A stretch of 64,000 nt of DNA from Octopus vulgaris (Eukaryota): the NCBI GenBank assembly GCA_951406725.2, contig OX597841.1, positions 5,456,001 to 5,520,000 of the forward strand, written 5' to 3'. This document shows positions 29,369 to 42,886 of this stretch, piece by piece (the first letter of the stretch is position 1; every line of letters begins with the position of its first letter). The notes below the pieces were generated by a model that made no database searches, was not told the DNA's origin, and saw only the letters and a program-made list of their open reading frames with translations. Made by a program: the position numbers and the translations under genes.

Positions 29369-32300
29369 AGGCCTTTAAGGTGTGATTTCTGTGGTAAATC
29401 ATTCTCTGAGAAACGTTAGTTAATTGCACACGTATCTATCCATACAAGAATTTGACTGTATTATTTATGAAACGTCTTTGCAGCTCATAGCAACAGACGT
29501 TTTAAAAGCCTTTCTCCTTGTGGGCATTGTCAGTAACTGATGAACCCTTGGTAACATTCATAAGCATCAGGGTTCCTTTTTGAGGTATTGTTAATGATGC
29601 CAACCCTTTTTGTAAGCACTTACCTGGGACACACATAGTTTTGCTGGGCACAGGTATTTGTTAGAATTCTGTGTAGAAAATAATTTGTATAACCATAAAT
29701 ATTCCCACTTTAGGAACCACTAGATTAGACAATTGTGAGGAGTGGAAACTGATGTGCAGATAAATATAGTTGTGTGTATAGCAGAATGTAGCACACATGA
29801 GAGGCCCATTGATATTAAAGCTGAAATCTAAAAGAGGAGAAACGTGTGAGGCAGTGCAGCTTCATGAGAGCAGACGGTGGAGAAATCCAGGTGAACATCT
29901 TTTAGAGTAACTGGGTTTTTAGGAAGACACAATTTCTTGCATTCTGAAAATATATACTCCATGAAGAAGATTGTGAAATCCTGTGGAGGTGACGTGGTTA
30001 AATAAATATGTATTCAACACTGAAACTTGCTGACTTGGTTTTTATATGTACCTAAATATGTATGTTTGATTGCTTCTCGTTTATTAATTGCATCCAAGGT
30101 CTTTGATCTTTGTTTGCTTGTTTATTTCAGCTTGCTTCTTATTCCTCTGTGTCAATTTGCTTCTGATGAAGCAATTAGATGAACCAAGCTGCTCTTCTTC
30201 GTGTTTCTCTGGGCTGTGGGTTCGTTTAGTATCTCAGATAAAAAGTTGAATACATCGTTAGAGCACATCCAACCCTACGCTTAATAAATCTTTCTGGTTT
30301 TGTGTCAAGATATTGAAAAGCTGTGGGCCCTGGAAACCCTAAACCGTTGCAGTATTGGATTCTTACCCAAGATGGAAAGTAGAAGGTGTTTGGTATGATG
30401 CAATGGCATTCAGTCCAGGGGTTACTATAGGTTTCATTACCAAATTTAGGGGTAGACCTTAAAAACTGTATACATCTATATACAACGGGCTTCTTACAGT
30501 TTCCATCATCCAAATCCACTCACAAGGCTTTGGCTGGCCCGAGGCTATAGTAGAAGAAACTTACCCAAGGTGCCAAGCAGTGGAACTGAACTGGGGAACT
30601 ATGCGATTGATAAGCAAGCTACTTACCACACAATTTTGTATTTAAATGCTTCAAATTGTGTAGATTACAATTATATAGGAATTTGTTGGGGCTAAACACT
30701 ACTTGGAGTAGGGGTGGGCAATTCACAGAGTTTGTGAAAACGTATGAGGAAATAAAGATGTGTGAATTTGCCGAAACTCCTGTCCCCTCATCCTGAAAAT
30801 GTTTCTCGCAAGTGGTAGAAATAGACCGGATGGTCTTGTCATCTGTGCCTGGTTTAGAGGTAAGGTGCCTCATTTGGGATGCCACACTCTCCTTTGCTCC
30901 TTCTCACATCCTGGATGCTGCAGTATAATGGTGGGGGTCTCTGCTTCCGTAGCAGAATGGAAGAAAACCCTGATGTATCGGGACCTGACAGTGAACTATC
31001 TCTTCTACCTTGTGGTGTTTGAGACATTCAGAGAGACTAGGCCATTATCCATGAAGTTCTTGTCAACATTGGCATGTGATGCCCGTGTGGGTGCATGGTT
31101 TTTCTTAACACCTTAGCCTCGCTTTCACCTGTAGTAATACTGTGAGGATGCTGGATTGCTTCAGTAGGTTCTATCAAACCTTGTGGCGTGCAACCATCGG
31201 CTGTGATAAAGGAAATACCTCCTGATATGCTGCAAATCCCTTATTTTGGTTTGGAAAAGTGGGAGGACACTCCCATCTTGGAATCATTGGAAATTTATTT
31301 TCTTCCTTGAATGAATTCCTCTGACGTAATATGCTACAAAACCTGTTTTGGGGTCCGAAAAACGGGATGGAGTGAGCTAGAAGCCTTAGAATGTTCGCCC
31401 CCCCACCACCATTGATTTTTTTATCTACAAAGTTTTCAGTAAGGAAAATAAATTGGATTCTTTTGCAGGGAATCAAGTACCCTGACCTCCCAATATGCTG
31501 CAAATCCCTTATTGTGGTTAACAAAAAATTGGGGCCTTCCCCACTTTTTTCATGCAGGTGAAAAAATCAGTGAGTGTGGGGTGAAATTTCTGAGGCTTCC
31601 ACCTCAGCCCACCCAATTTTATGGACCCCAAAAAGAGTTTTGTAGCATATTAGGTCACAGGAATTCATTCAAGAAAATAAAAAACGCGAAAATATCAAAT
31701 GATTCCGAAATGGGAAGGGGTGACCCAACCTTCTTGTTTTCCAAACCAATATAAGGGACGTGAAGCATCTTATTAGGTCAGGGTACTTGATTCCACCCCA
31801 AGAATCCAAGTTTTGTTTTTTTCTCTTAGTGAAAATTATGCGGTTGTTAATATTGGAATTTAATGGGAAAAGCAGGCTCTTCATCCAGCTCCCCTTATTC
31901 TCCTCACCATTCCCATCACAGCCTGCACCCCACCCGACTCTCACTTTGTGCAGCTTCTATTTTATAATTTTATGCATGCGTGAAACATTAATAGAAGAAA
32001 ACACTTTCATTTCATTTCTTGTTACGGGTCAGGGGAGGAGGTGGGGTTTTTTTTTGTTTTTTGTTTTGTATATTTTGAAAAATTAGAATTTGCAGTTTTT
32101 TTTCAGAATCGTAATCTCCTTATTTTTCTACATATTTCACCATAAAAATTTTGTTTTTAGTTGAAAATTTAAGAAATTGCGTGGGGAGATTAAAAATTTT
32201 TTTAATGCAGATTTGGAATCTCCGCACTCGATATCGTGGGTTCCTGTAAAAACAAAACCAAAAAAACATCGGAAAAAGGGTGCGGTCCATTGTCTTTCCC

Positions 32301-34255
32301 CACGCCGTAAACGGAACCCTTCCCCCTTTATTTCAGGAAAAAGTAAAACAAACGAGGGGAAGGGATATGGGACTGAAATTTTGAAAAAATCTTTTCCAGA
32401 ATCGAAATTTTCATAGACTAAAAACATGGGATTCCGGAGAAAAAAACAAACAGGAATTTCAAAGCCGGGAAGGACTCCGTTTAGATCTTCGCTATAGTTG
32501 AGGGTCGATGGTCGAAAAAGTTTGGCGACGCCTGATAAAGGCGTAGGGAACACCACCTGCTGTGTTTCTAATCATATTTCCGTTTAATGAACAAACATAC
32601 GATTATATGCATTCTAATGCTAAGATGTAATGATGTCAGAAATATTTGGCTGCTATTTTTAGCAGGTTCAGTGACCATGCGCAGACACTCTTGTTGAGAC
32701 GTAATTACTATTTATCTGGATGAGGTTTTTATCATTTACCTTTGGTGAGATGCAATTAAATGTGTGAATTAATATAATTTTAACGTCTCTATTTGTTATA
32801 TTGGGGACCTTAAATATATGACACCGGTGTCGTTCAAACGCGGGAATGATTATCAACAGCTTCTACACGTGCTTCTAATTAAGACGAATCTAATTATATC
32901 AGATGTAGTAATACCTCGTGTTCAGGTGAACGTTGATCTCTATGAATAACACGAAGCGACTTACCTGATTTGTGATTTAATATTTCTCTTGATCACAGCT
33001 TTAGTTGGTTGATCCCTATTTTACAGGAAAGGGGGAAACAAGCTTTCAATCGAGGAACTTTGCTCGCCCTTCTTCATATTTCATTTGGACCTCAGATCGA
33101 AAGCACGAATTGTTTGTATGCCTGTTGTAGCAAATATTGTGCGCATTTCTACTATCCATGGTGGGAAAAACAAACTGGATTTCAAGAAAGGATCCTGGTG
33201 AACAACAAGTATTCTAATGGTAAGTCAAAAAATATATCTACATAGCATTTGTTGCACACTTGTTAACGGAGGTCTGTGATATCTAAGACAAGAAACTGAA
33301 CCATAGGAAGTTAGTCTATATCTACAGACATTTGTCAGCTTTTTAAGTATTCCTGATGACAAGCAGGAAGACCTCCCTCACAACGGGTTTCCTTTTGGTA
33401 AACGATATGTCCCCTTTTGAGGCCCGATTTGTGTAATTTTCTTTTGGGTCCTTTAATCGTTTAATAATGTATATTTTGCCAGTAAATTTAGGGCATAACT
33501 ACAGAAATGCGGGATCCTTTCGGTTTGGGGAGTTACCAGAATTGAAATTGCAAAAATGTTTATATCATTGTTCTGTGACCCTAACCACATCTTTTCATGG
33601 AGTTCTCAAAAATGAAGCCCCCAAAAATCAAAATATTATTCCCTGCCTAACCTGAACTCATCACATATAAATTTATATAGGTAGATAGATACAGATGTGT
33701 ATATATGTGCGTGTATGAGTAATGTTACACAATGTTAAAGAGTAGTTGTAGTTTACAAATTTTTCCATTTCACCCAATGTTATATGATGTCATTTGTTAA
33801 TTAATAAAGAAATGTTGTAACATTTCTCTTTTGATCTTTCCTCTCTATCTAATTCTGTTTCTTTATTATTTCAGATTTACGGATGACATTGGCATCAAAG
33901 AAATTTTCTTTTATAATGAATACATCTTCAACATTTTTCATCTTTTAAAGTCTTGAGGAAAAGTTTACACAGAACGAATCGAAGCCTATTTCTATAAATC
34001 TTTGTTAGAAATTCTATGAAATGTTTGCTCTGAACTGAGATTAATAGCAACATTTTTCTATTTCATTAGCTGATGCTTTGCATTCTCGTTACTCTTTGAT
34101 GACTTTCTAAATTTGTAGCATCTTTAGATATCAGTGAGGTTTGCAGTGGAAATATTTGTAAGGAATAAACTATAAAAAGAAGGATAAAGATAGGGGTAAA
34201 ACTTTAATGTGGTGAGAAAGGCCAAGGATTGTTTCTATTTTGATTACTCAAAGAA

Positions 34256-36208
34256 ATGCTGAAAAATATGCGAAAATCATTGTATCGTTGTGATATCAGT
34301 GGTAAATCAACCACTAGAAGTGCTGCCTTAGATAGACACAAGCGTACTCACACAGGAGAAAAACCGTTCCAGTGTGATATCTGTGGTAAATCATTCTGTC
34401 AAAATAGTGTATTAACTACTCACAAACGTATTCATACAGGGGAGAAGCAAGTTCACTGTGATATCTGTGGTAAATCATTCTCTGAAAACAGTAGCCTAAC
34501 TACACACACATGCATTCACACAGGGGAAAAACCATTTCACTGTGATATCTGTGGTAAATCATTCTCTGAAAACAGTAGCCTGACTACACACACATGCATT
34601 CACACAGGGGAAAAACCATTTCACTGTGATATCTGTGGTAAATCATTCTCTGAAAACAGTAGCCTAACTACACACAAAGGCATTCACACAGGGGAAAAAC
34701 CATTTCACTGTGATATCTGTGGTAAATCATTCTCTGAAAACAGTAGCCTAACTACGCACAAAGGCATTCACACAGGGGAAAAACCATTTCACTGTGATAT
34801 CTGTGGTAAATCTTTCTCTGTAAGCAGTGGCCTAACTACACACAAAGGCATTCACACAGGGGAAAAACCATTTCACTGTGATATCTGTGGTAAATCATTC
34901 TCTGAAAACAGTAGCCTAACTACACATACATGCATTCACACAGGGGAAAAACCATTTCACTGTGATATCTGTGGTAAATCTTTCTCTGTAAGCAGTAGTT
35001 TAGTTGGACGCAAACGAAGTCATACAGGAGAAAAGCCGTATCACTGTGCTATCTGTGGTAAATCATTCTCTGAAAAGAGCAATTTAACTAGACACATACG
35101 TCTTCATACAGGTGAGAAACCATATGAGTGTGATGTCTGTGGGAAATCATACTCTGATAGAAGTGCCTTAATTAATCACAAATGTAATCACACAGGAGAT
35201 AAGCCATTTCCTTGTGATATCTGTGGTAAATCATTCCCTACAAACAGTCGCTTAACTAGACACAGACGTATTCACACTGGAGAGAAACCATTTCACTGTG
35301 ATATCTGTGGTAAATCATTCTCTCTAAACTGTCATTTAACTGCTCACCAACGTATTCATACAGGGGAGACACCATATCACTGTGATATCTGTGGGATATC
35401 ATTCTCTGCAAGTAGTAATTTGACAGCACACAAACGTACTCATACTGGAGAGAAGCCGTATCTCTGTGATATCTGTGGTAAATCATTCTCTCAAAATTGT
35501 CAATTAACTTCTCACAAACGTATTCATACAGGGGAGACACCATATCACTGTGATATCTGTGGTAAATCATTCTCTCAAAACTGTCAATTGACTGCTCACA
35601 AACGTATTCATACAGGAGAGTGGCCATTTTGCTGTGATATCTGTGGTAAATCATTCTCTGACGGAAGTAACTTAATTGTACACAAACGTATTCACACAGG
35701 AGAGAAACCATATCAATGTGATATCTGTGGTAAATCATTCTCTGACGGAAGTAACTTAATTGTACACAAACGTATTCATACAGGAGAGAAACCATATCAC
35801 TGTGATGTCTGCGGTAAATCATTCTCTGAAAGTACTACATTAAATAAACACAGGCGTATTCATACAGGAGAAAAGCCATTTCACTGTGATATCTGTGGTA
35901 AATCATTCTCTCAAAATTGTCAAATAACTTCTCACAAACGTATTCATACAGGAGTGAAGCCATATCACTGTGACATCTGTGGTAAATCATTCTCTCAAAA
36001 CTGTCAATTAACTTCTCATAAACGTATTCATACAGGAGAGAAACCGTATCACTGTGATGTCTGCGGTAAATCATTCTCTGAAAGTACTACATTAAATAAA
36101 CACAAGCGTATCCATACAAAGGAGAAGCTATTTCACTGTGATATCTGTGGTAAATCATTCTCTCAAAATTGTCAATTAACTTCTCAGAAACGTATTCATA
36201 CAGGATAG
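34256..36208 (+). CDS. ZNF unit 4 (type B), 650 aa, ~23 finger units
   Basis: Intact ORF; 28 aa longer than unit 2. Confidence 0.88.
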   Translation: MLKNMRKSLYRCDISGKSTTRSAALDRHKRTHTGEKPFQCDICGKSFCQNSVLTTHKRIHTGEKQVHCDICGKSFSENSSLTTHTCIHTGEKPFHCDICGKSFSENSSLTTHTCIHTGEKPFHCDICGKSFSENSSLTTHKGIHTGEKPFHCDICGKSFSENSSLTTHKGIHTGEKPFHCDICGKSFSVSSGLTTHKGIHTGEKPFHCDICGKSFSENSSLTTHTCIHTGEKPFHCDICGKSFSVSSSLVGRKRSHTGEKPYHCAICGKSFSEKSNLTRHIRLHTGEKPYECDVCGKSYSDRSALINHKCNHTGDKPFPCDICGKSFPTNSRLTRHRRIHTGEKPFHCDICGKSFSLNCHLTAHQRIHTGETPYHCDICGISFSASSNLTAHKRTHTGEKPYLCDICGKSFSQNCQLTSHKRIHTGETPYHCDICGKSFSQNCQLTAHKRIHTGEWPFCCDICGKSFSDGSNLIVHKRIHTGEKPYQCDICGKSFSDGSNLIVHKRIHTGEKPYHCDVCGKSFSESTTLNKHRRIHTGEKPFHCDICGKSFSQNCQITSHKRIHTGVKPYHCDICGKSFSQNCQLTSHKRIHTGEKPYHCDVCGKSFSESTTLNKHKRIHTKEKLFHCDICGKSFSQNCQLTSQKRIHTG

Positions 36209-39200
36209 AGGCCTTTAAGGTGTGATTTCTGTGGTAAATCATTCTCTGAGAAACGTTAGTTAATTGCACAAGTATCTATCCATACAAGAATTTGACTGTA
36301 TTATTTATGAAACGTCTTTGCAGCTCATAGCAACAGACGTTTTAAAAGCCTTTCTCCTTGTGGGCATTGTCAGTAACTGATGAACCCTTGGTAACATTCA
36401 TAAGCATCAGGGTTCCTTTGTGAGGTATTGTTAATGATGCCAACCCTTTTTGTAAGCACTTACCAAGGATAAACGTAGTTTTGCTGGGCACAGGTATTTG
36501 TTAGAATTCTGTGTAGAAAATAATTTGTATAACCATAAATATTCCCACTTTAGGAACCACTAGATTAGACAATTGTGAGGAGTGGAAACAGTGATGTGCA
36601 GATAAATATAGTTGTGTGTGTAGCAGAATGTAGCACACACGAGAGGCCCATTGATATTAAAGCTGAAATCTAAAAGAGGAGAAACGTGTGAGGCAGTGCA
36701 GCATCATGAGAGCAGACGGTGGAGAAATCCAGGTGAACATCTTTTAGAGTAACTGGGTTTTTAGGAAGACACAATTTCTTGCATTCTGAAAATATATACT
36801 CCATGAAGAAGATTGTGAAATCCTGTGGAGGTGACGTGGTTAAATAAATATGTATTCAACACTGAAACTTGCTGACTTGGTTTTTATATGTACCTAAATA
36901 TGTATGTTTGATTGCTTCTCGTTTATTAATTGCATCCAAGGTCTTTGATCTTTGTTTGCTTGTTTATTTCAGCTTGCTTCTTATTCCTCTGTGTCAATTT
37001 GCTTCTGATGAAGCAATTAGATGAACCAAGCTGCTCTTCTTTGTGTTTCTCTAGGCTGTGGGTTCGTTTAGTATCTCATAAAAAGTTGAATACATCGTTA
37101 GAGCACATCCAACCCTACGCTTAATAAATGTTTCTGGTTTTGTGTTGAGATATTGAAAAGCTGTGGGCCCTGGAAAACCTAAACCGTTGCAGTATTGGAT
37201 TCTTACCCAAGATGGAAAGTAGGTGTTTGGTACGATGCAATGGCATTCAGTCCAGGGGTTACTATAGGTTTCATTACCAAATTTAGGGGTAGACCTTAAA
37301 AACTGTATATATCTATATACAACGGGCTACTTACAGTTTCCATCATCCAAATCCACTCACAAGGCTTTGGCTGGCCCGAGGCTATAGTAGAAGAAACTTA
37401 CCCAAGGTGCCAAGCAGTGGAACTGAACTGGGGAACTATGCGATTGATAAGCAAGCTACTTACCACACAATTTTGTATTTAAATGCTTCAAATTGTGTAG
37501 ATTACAATTATATAGGAATTTGTTGGGGCTAAACACTACCTGGAGTAGGGGTGGGCAATTCATAGAGTTTGTGAAAACGTATGAGGAAATAAAGATGTGT
37601 GAATTTGCCGAAACTCCTGTCCCCTCATCCTGAAAATGTTTCTCGCAAGTGGTAGAAATAGACCGGATGGTCTTGTCATCTGTGCCTGGGTTAGAGGTAA
37701 GGTGCCTCATTTGGGATGCCACACTCTCCTTTGCTCCTTCTCACATCCTGGATGCTGCAGTATAATGGTGGGGTCTCTGCTTCCGTCGCAGAATGGAAGA
37801 AAACCCTGAGGTATCGGGACCTGACAGTGAACTATCTCTTCTACCTTGTGGTGTTTGGGACATTCAGAGGGACTAGGCCATTATCCATGAAGTTCTTGTC
37901 AACATTGGCATGTGATGCCCGTGTGAGTGCATGGTTTTTCTTAACACCTTAGCCTGGCTGTCACCTGTAGTAATACTGTGAGGATGCTGGATTGCTTCAG
38001 TAGGTTCTATCAAACCTTGTGGCGTGCAACCATCGGCTGTGATAAAGGAAATACCTCCTGATATGCTGCAAATCCCTTATTTTGGTTTGGAAAAGTGGGA
38101 GGACACTCCCATCTTGGAATCATTGGAAATTTATTTTCTTCCTTGAATGAATTCCTCTGACGTAATATGCTACAAAACCTGTTTTGGGGTCCGAAAAACG
38201 GGATGGAGTGAGCTAGAAGCCTTAGAATGTTCGCCCCCCACCACCATTGATTTTTTTATCTACAAAGTTTTCAGTAAGGAAAATAAATTGGATTCTTTTG
38301 CAGGGAATCAAGTACCCTGACCTCCCAATATGCTGCAAATCCCTTATTGTGGTTAACAAAAAATTGGGGCCTTCCCCACTTTTTTCATGCAGGTGAAAAA
38401 ATCAGTGAGTGTGGGGTGAAATTTCTGAGGCTTCCACCTCAGCCCACCCAATTTTATGGACCCCAAAAAGAGTTTTGTAGCATATTAGGTCACAGGAATT
38501 CATTCAAGAAAATAAAAAACGCGAAAATATCAAATGATTCCGAAATGGGAAGGGGTGACCCTACCTTCTTGTTTTCCAAACCAATATAAGGGACGTGAAG
38601 CATCTTATTAGGTCAGGGTACTTGATTCCACCCCAAGAATCCAAGTTTTGTTTTTTTTCTCTTAGTGAAAATTATGCGGTTGTTAATATTGGAATTTAAT
38701 GGGAAAAGCAGGCTCTTCATCCAGCTCCCCTTATTCTCCTCACCATTCCCATCACAGCCTGCATCACCGCCTGCACCCCACCCGACTCTCACTTTGTGCA
38801 GCTTCTATTTTATAATTTTATGCATGCGTGAAACATTAATAGAAGAAAACACTTTCATTTCATTTCTTGTTACGGGTCAGGGGAGGAGGTGGGGTTTTTT
38901 GTTTTTTTTGTTTTGTATATTTTGAAAAATTAGAATTTGCAGTTTTTTATTTTGTTTTTTTCAAAATCGTAATCTCCTTATTTTTCTACATATTTCACCA
39001 GAAAAATTTTGTTTTTAGTTGAAAATTTAAGAAATTGCGTGGGGAGATTACAAATTTTTTAATGCAGATTTTGAATCTCCGCACTCGATATCGTGGGTTC
39101 CTGTAAAAACAAAACCAAAAAAACATCGGAAAAAGGGTGCGGTCCATTGTCTTTCCCCACGCCGTCAATTGAACCCTTCCCCTTTATTTCAGGGAAAAAG

Positions 39201-41107
39201 TAAAACAAACGAAGGGAAGGGATATGGGACTGAAATTTTGAAAAAATCTTTTCCAGAATCGAAATTTTCATAGACTAAAAACATGGGATTCCGGAGAAAA
39301 CAAAAAGGAATTTGAAAGCCGGGAAGGGCTCCGTTTCGATCTTCGCTATAGTTGAGGGTCGATGGTCGAAAAAGTTTGGCGACCCCTGATAAAGGCGTAG
39401 GGAACACCACCTGCTGTGTTTCTAATCATATGTCCGTTTAATGAACAAACATACGATTATATGCATTCTAATGCTAAGATGTAATGATGTCAGAAATATT
39501 TGGCTGCTATTTTTAGCAGGTTCAGTGACCATGCGCAGACACTCTTGTTGAGACGTAATTACTATTTATCTGGATGAGGTTTTTATCATTTACCTTTGGT
39601 GAGATGCAATTAAATGTGTGAATTAATATAATTTTAACGTCTCTATTTGTTATATTGGGGACCTTAAATATATGACACCGGTGTCGTTCAAACGCGGGAA
39701 TAATTATCAACAGTTTCTACACGTGCTTCTAATTAAGACGAATCTAATTATATCAGATGTAGTAATACCTCGTGTTCAGGTGAACGTTGATCTCTATGAA
39801 TAACACGAAGCGACTTACCTGATTTGTGATTTAATATTTCTCTTGATCACAGCTTTAGTTGGTTGATCCCTATTTTACAGGAAAGGGGGAAACAAGCTTT
39901 CAATCGAGGAACTTTGCTCGCCCTTCTTCATATTTCATTTGGACCTCAGATCGAAAGCACGAATTGTTTGTATGCCTGTTGTAGCAAATATTGTGCGCAT
40001 TTCTACTATCCATGGTGGGAAAAACAAACTGGATTTCAAGAAAGGATCCTGGTGAACAACAAGTATTCTAATGGTAAGTCAAAATATATCTACATAGCAT
40101 TTGTTGCACACTTGTTAACGGAGGTCTGTGATATCTAAGACAAGAAACTGAACCATAGGAAGTTAGTCTATATCTACAGACATTTGTCAGCTTTTTAAGT
40201 ATTCCTGATGACAAGCAGGAAGACCTCCCTCACAACGGGTTTCCTTTTGGTAAACGATATTTCCCCTTTCGACACCCGATTTGTGTAATTTTCTTTTGGG
40301 TCCTTTAATCGTTTAGTAATGTATATTTTGTCAGTAAATTTAGGGCATAACTACAGAAATGCGGGATCCTTTCGGTTTGGGGAGTTACCAGAATTGAAAT
40401 TGCAAAAGTGTTTATATCATTGTTCTGTGACCCTAACCACATCTTTTCAGGGAGTTCACAAAAATGAAGCCCCCAGAAATCAAAATATTATTCCCCGCCT
40501 AACCTGAACTCATCACATATAAATTTATATAGGTAGATAGATACAGATATGTATATATGTGCCTGCATGAGTAATGTTACACAATGTTAAAGAGTAGTTG
40601 TAGTTTACAAATTTTTCCATTTCACCCAATGTTATATGATGTCATTTGTTAATTAATAAAGAAATGTTGTAACATTTCTCTTTTGATCTTTCCTCTCTAT
40701 CTAATTCTGTTTCTTTATTATTTCAGATTTACGGATGACATTGGCATCAAAGATATTTTCTTTTATAATGAATACATCTTCAACATTTTTCATCTTTTAA
40801 AGTCTTGAGGAAAAGTTTACACAGAATGCATCGAAGCCTATTTCTATAAATCTTTGTTAGAAATTCTATGAAATGTTTGCTCTGAACTGAGATTAATAGC
40901 AACATTTTTCTATTTCATTAGCTGATGCTTTGCATTCTCGTTACTCTTTGATGACTTTCTAAATTTGTAGCATCTTTAGATATCAGTGAGGTTTGCAGTG
41001 GAAATATTTGTAAGGAATAAACTATAAAAAGAAGGATAAAGATAGGGGTAAAACTTTAATATGGTGAGAAAGGCCAAGGATTGTTTCTATTTTGATTACT
41101 CAAAGAA

Positions 41108-42886
41108 ATGCTGAAAAATATGCGAAAATCATTGTATCGTTGTGATATCAGTGGTAAATCAACCACTAGAAGTGCTGCCTTAGATAGACACAAGCGTACT
41201 CACACAGGAGAAAAACCGTTCCAGTGTGATATCTGTGGTAAATCATTCTGTCAAAATAGTGTGTTAACTACTCACAAACGTATTCATACAGGGGAGAAGC
41301 AAGTTCACTGTGATATCTGTGGTAAATCATTCTCTAACGGAAGTGCCTTAATTGTACACAAACGTGTTCATACAGGTGAGACACCATATCACTGTAATAT
41401 CTGTGGTGAATCATTCTCTGAAAGCAGTTGCTTAGCTAAACACCGATGTTTTTATACCAAGGAGCAGCTATTTCACTGTGATACCTGTGGCAAATCATTC
41501 TCTAGCAGCAATTACCTAACTAGCCACAGACATATTCATACAGGAGAGAAGCTATTTTATTGTGATGTCTGTGGTAAATCATTCCCTGTAAACAGTAGCC
41601 TAACTACACACAAACGCATTCACACAGGGGAAAAACCATTTCACTGTGATATCTGTGGTAAATCTTTCTCTGTAAGCAGTAGTTTAGTTGGACACAAACG
41701 AAGTCATACAGGAGAAAAGCCGTATCACTGTGATATCTGTGGTAAATCATTCTCTCTAAGCAATCACTTAACTAAACACATACGTATTCATACAGGTGAG
41801 AAGCCATATGAGTGTGATGTCTGTGGGAAATCATACTCTGATAGAAGTGCCTTAATTAGTCACAAACGTAATCACACAGGAGATAAGCCATTTCCTTGTG
41901 ATATCTGTGGTAAATCATTCCCTACAAACAGTCGCTTCAATAGACACAGACGTATTCACACTGGAGAGAAACCATTTCACTGTGATATCTGTGGTAAATC
42001 ATTCTCTGAAAACTGTCAATTAACTGCTCACAAACGTATTCATACAGGAGGGCCATTTTGCTGTGATATCTGTGGTAAATCATTCTCTCAAAATTGTCGA
42101 TTGACTTCTCACAAACGTATTCATACAGGGGAGACACCATATCACTGTGATATCTGTGGTAAATCATTCTCTCTAAACTTTCAATTAACTGCTCACAAAC
42201 GTATTCATACAGGTGAGAGGCCATTTTGCTGTGATATCTGTGGTAAATCATTCTCTGACGGAAGTAACTTAAATGTACACAAACGTATTCACACAGGAGA
42301 GAAACCATATCAATGTGATGTCTGTGGTAACTCATTTTCTCGAAGTGATAGTTTAACATCTCACAAACGTGTTCATACAGGAGAGAAACCATATCACTGT
42401 GACATCTGTGGTAAATCATTCTCTCAAAACTGTCAATTAACTTCTCATAAACGTATTCATACAGGAGAGAAACCGTATCACTGTGATGTCTGCGGTAAAT
42501 CATTCTCTGAAAGTAGTACATTAAATAAACACAAGCGTATCCATACAAAGAAGCTATTTCACTGTGATATCTGTGGTAAATCATTCTCTCAAAATTGTCG
42601 ATTGACTTCTCACAAACGTATTCATACAGGGGCGACACCATATCACTGTGATATCTGTGGTAAATCATTCTCTCGAAACTTCCAATTAACTGTTCACAAA
42701 CGTATTCATACAGGTGAGAGGCCATTTTGCTGTGATATCTGTGGTAAATCATACTCTGACGGAAGTAACTTAATTGTACACAAACGTATTCACACAGGAG
42801 AGAAACCATATCACTGTGACATCTGTGGTAAATCATTCTCTCAAAACTGTCAATTAACTTCTCACAAACGTATTCATACAGGATAG
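41108..42886 (+). CDS. ZNF unit 5 (type C), 592 aa, ~21 finger units
   Basis: Intact ORF; 28 aa shorter than unit 3. Confidence 0.88.
   Translation: MLKNMRKSLYRCDISGKSTTRSAALDRHKRTHTGEKPFQCDICGKSFCQNSVLTTHKRIHTGEKQVHCDICGKSFSNGSALIVHKRVHTGETPYHCNICGESFSESSCLAKHRCFYTKEQLFHCDTCGKSFSSSNYLTSHRHIHTGEKLFYCDVCGKSFPVNSSLTTHKRIHTGEKPFHCDICGKSFSVSSSLVGHKRSHTGEKPYHCDICGKSFSLSNHLTKHIRIHTGEKPYECDVCGKSYSDRSALISHKRNHTGDKPFPCDICGKSFPTNSRFNRHRRIHTGEKPFHCDICGKSFSENCQLTAHKRIHTGGPFCCDICGKSFSQNCRLTSHKRIHTGETPYHCDICGKSFSLNFQLTAHKRIHTGERPFCCDICGKSFSDGSNLNVHKRIHTGEKPYQCDVCGNSFSRSDSLTSHKRVHTGEKPYHCDICGKSFSQNCQLTSHKRIHTGEKPYHCDVCGKSFSESSTLNKHKRIHTKKLFHCDICGKSFSQNCRLTSHKRIHTGATPYHCDICGKSFSRNFQLTVHKRIHTGERPFCCDICGKSYSDGSNLIVHKRIHTGEKPYHCDICGKSFSQNCQLTSHKRIHTG

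Noticed and set aside
28320-29429. Long antisense ORFs ([10 protein letters not shown]...), also 41937-42947, 35256-35822, 59241-59726
   Set aside because: Shadow frames of the 84-bp finger repeat; no independent evidence of coding.
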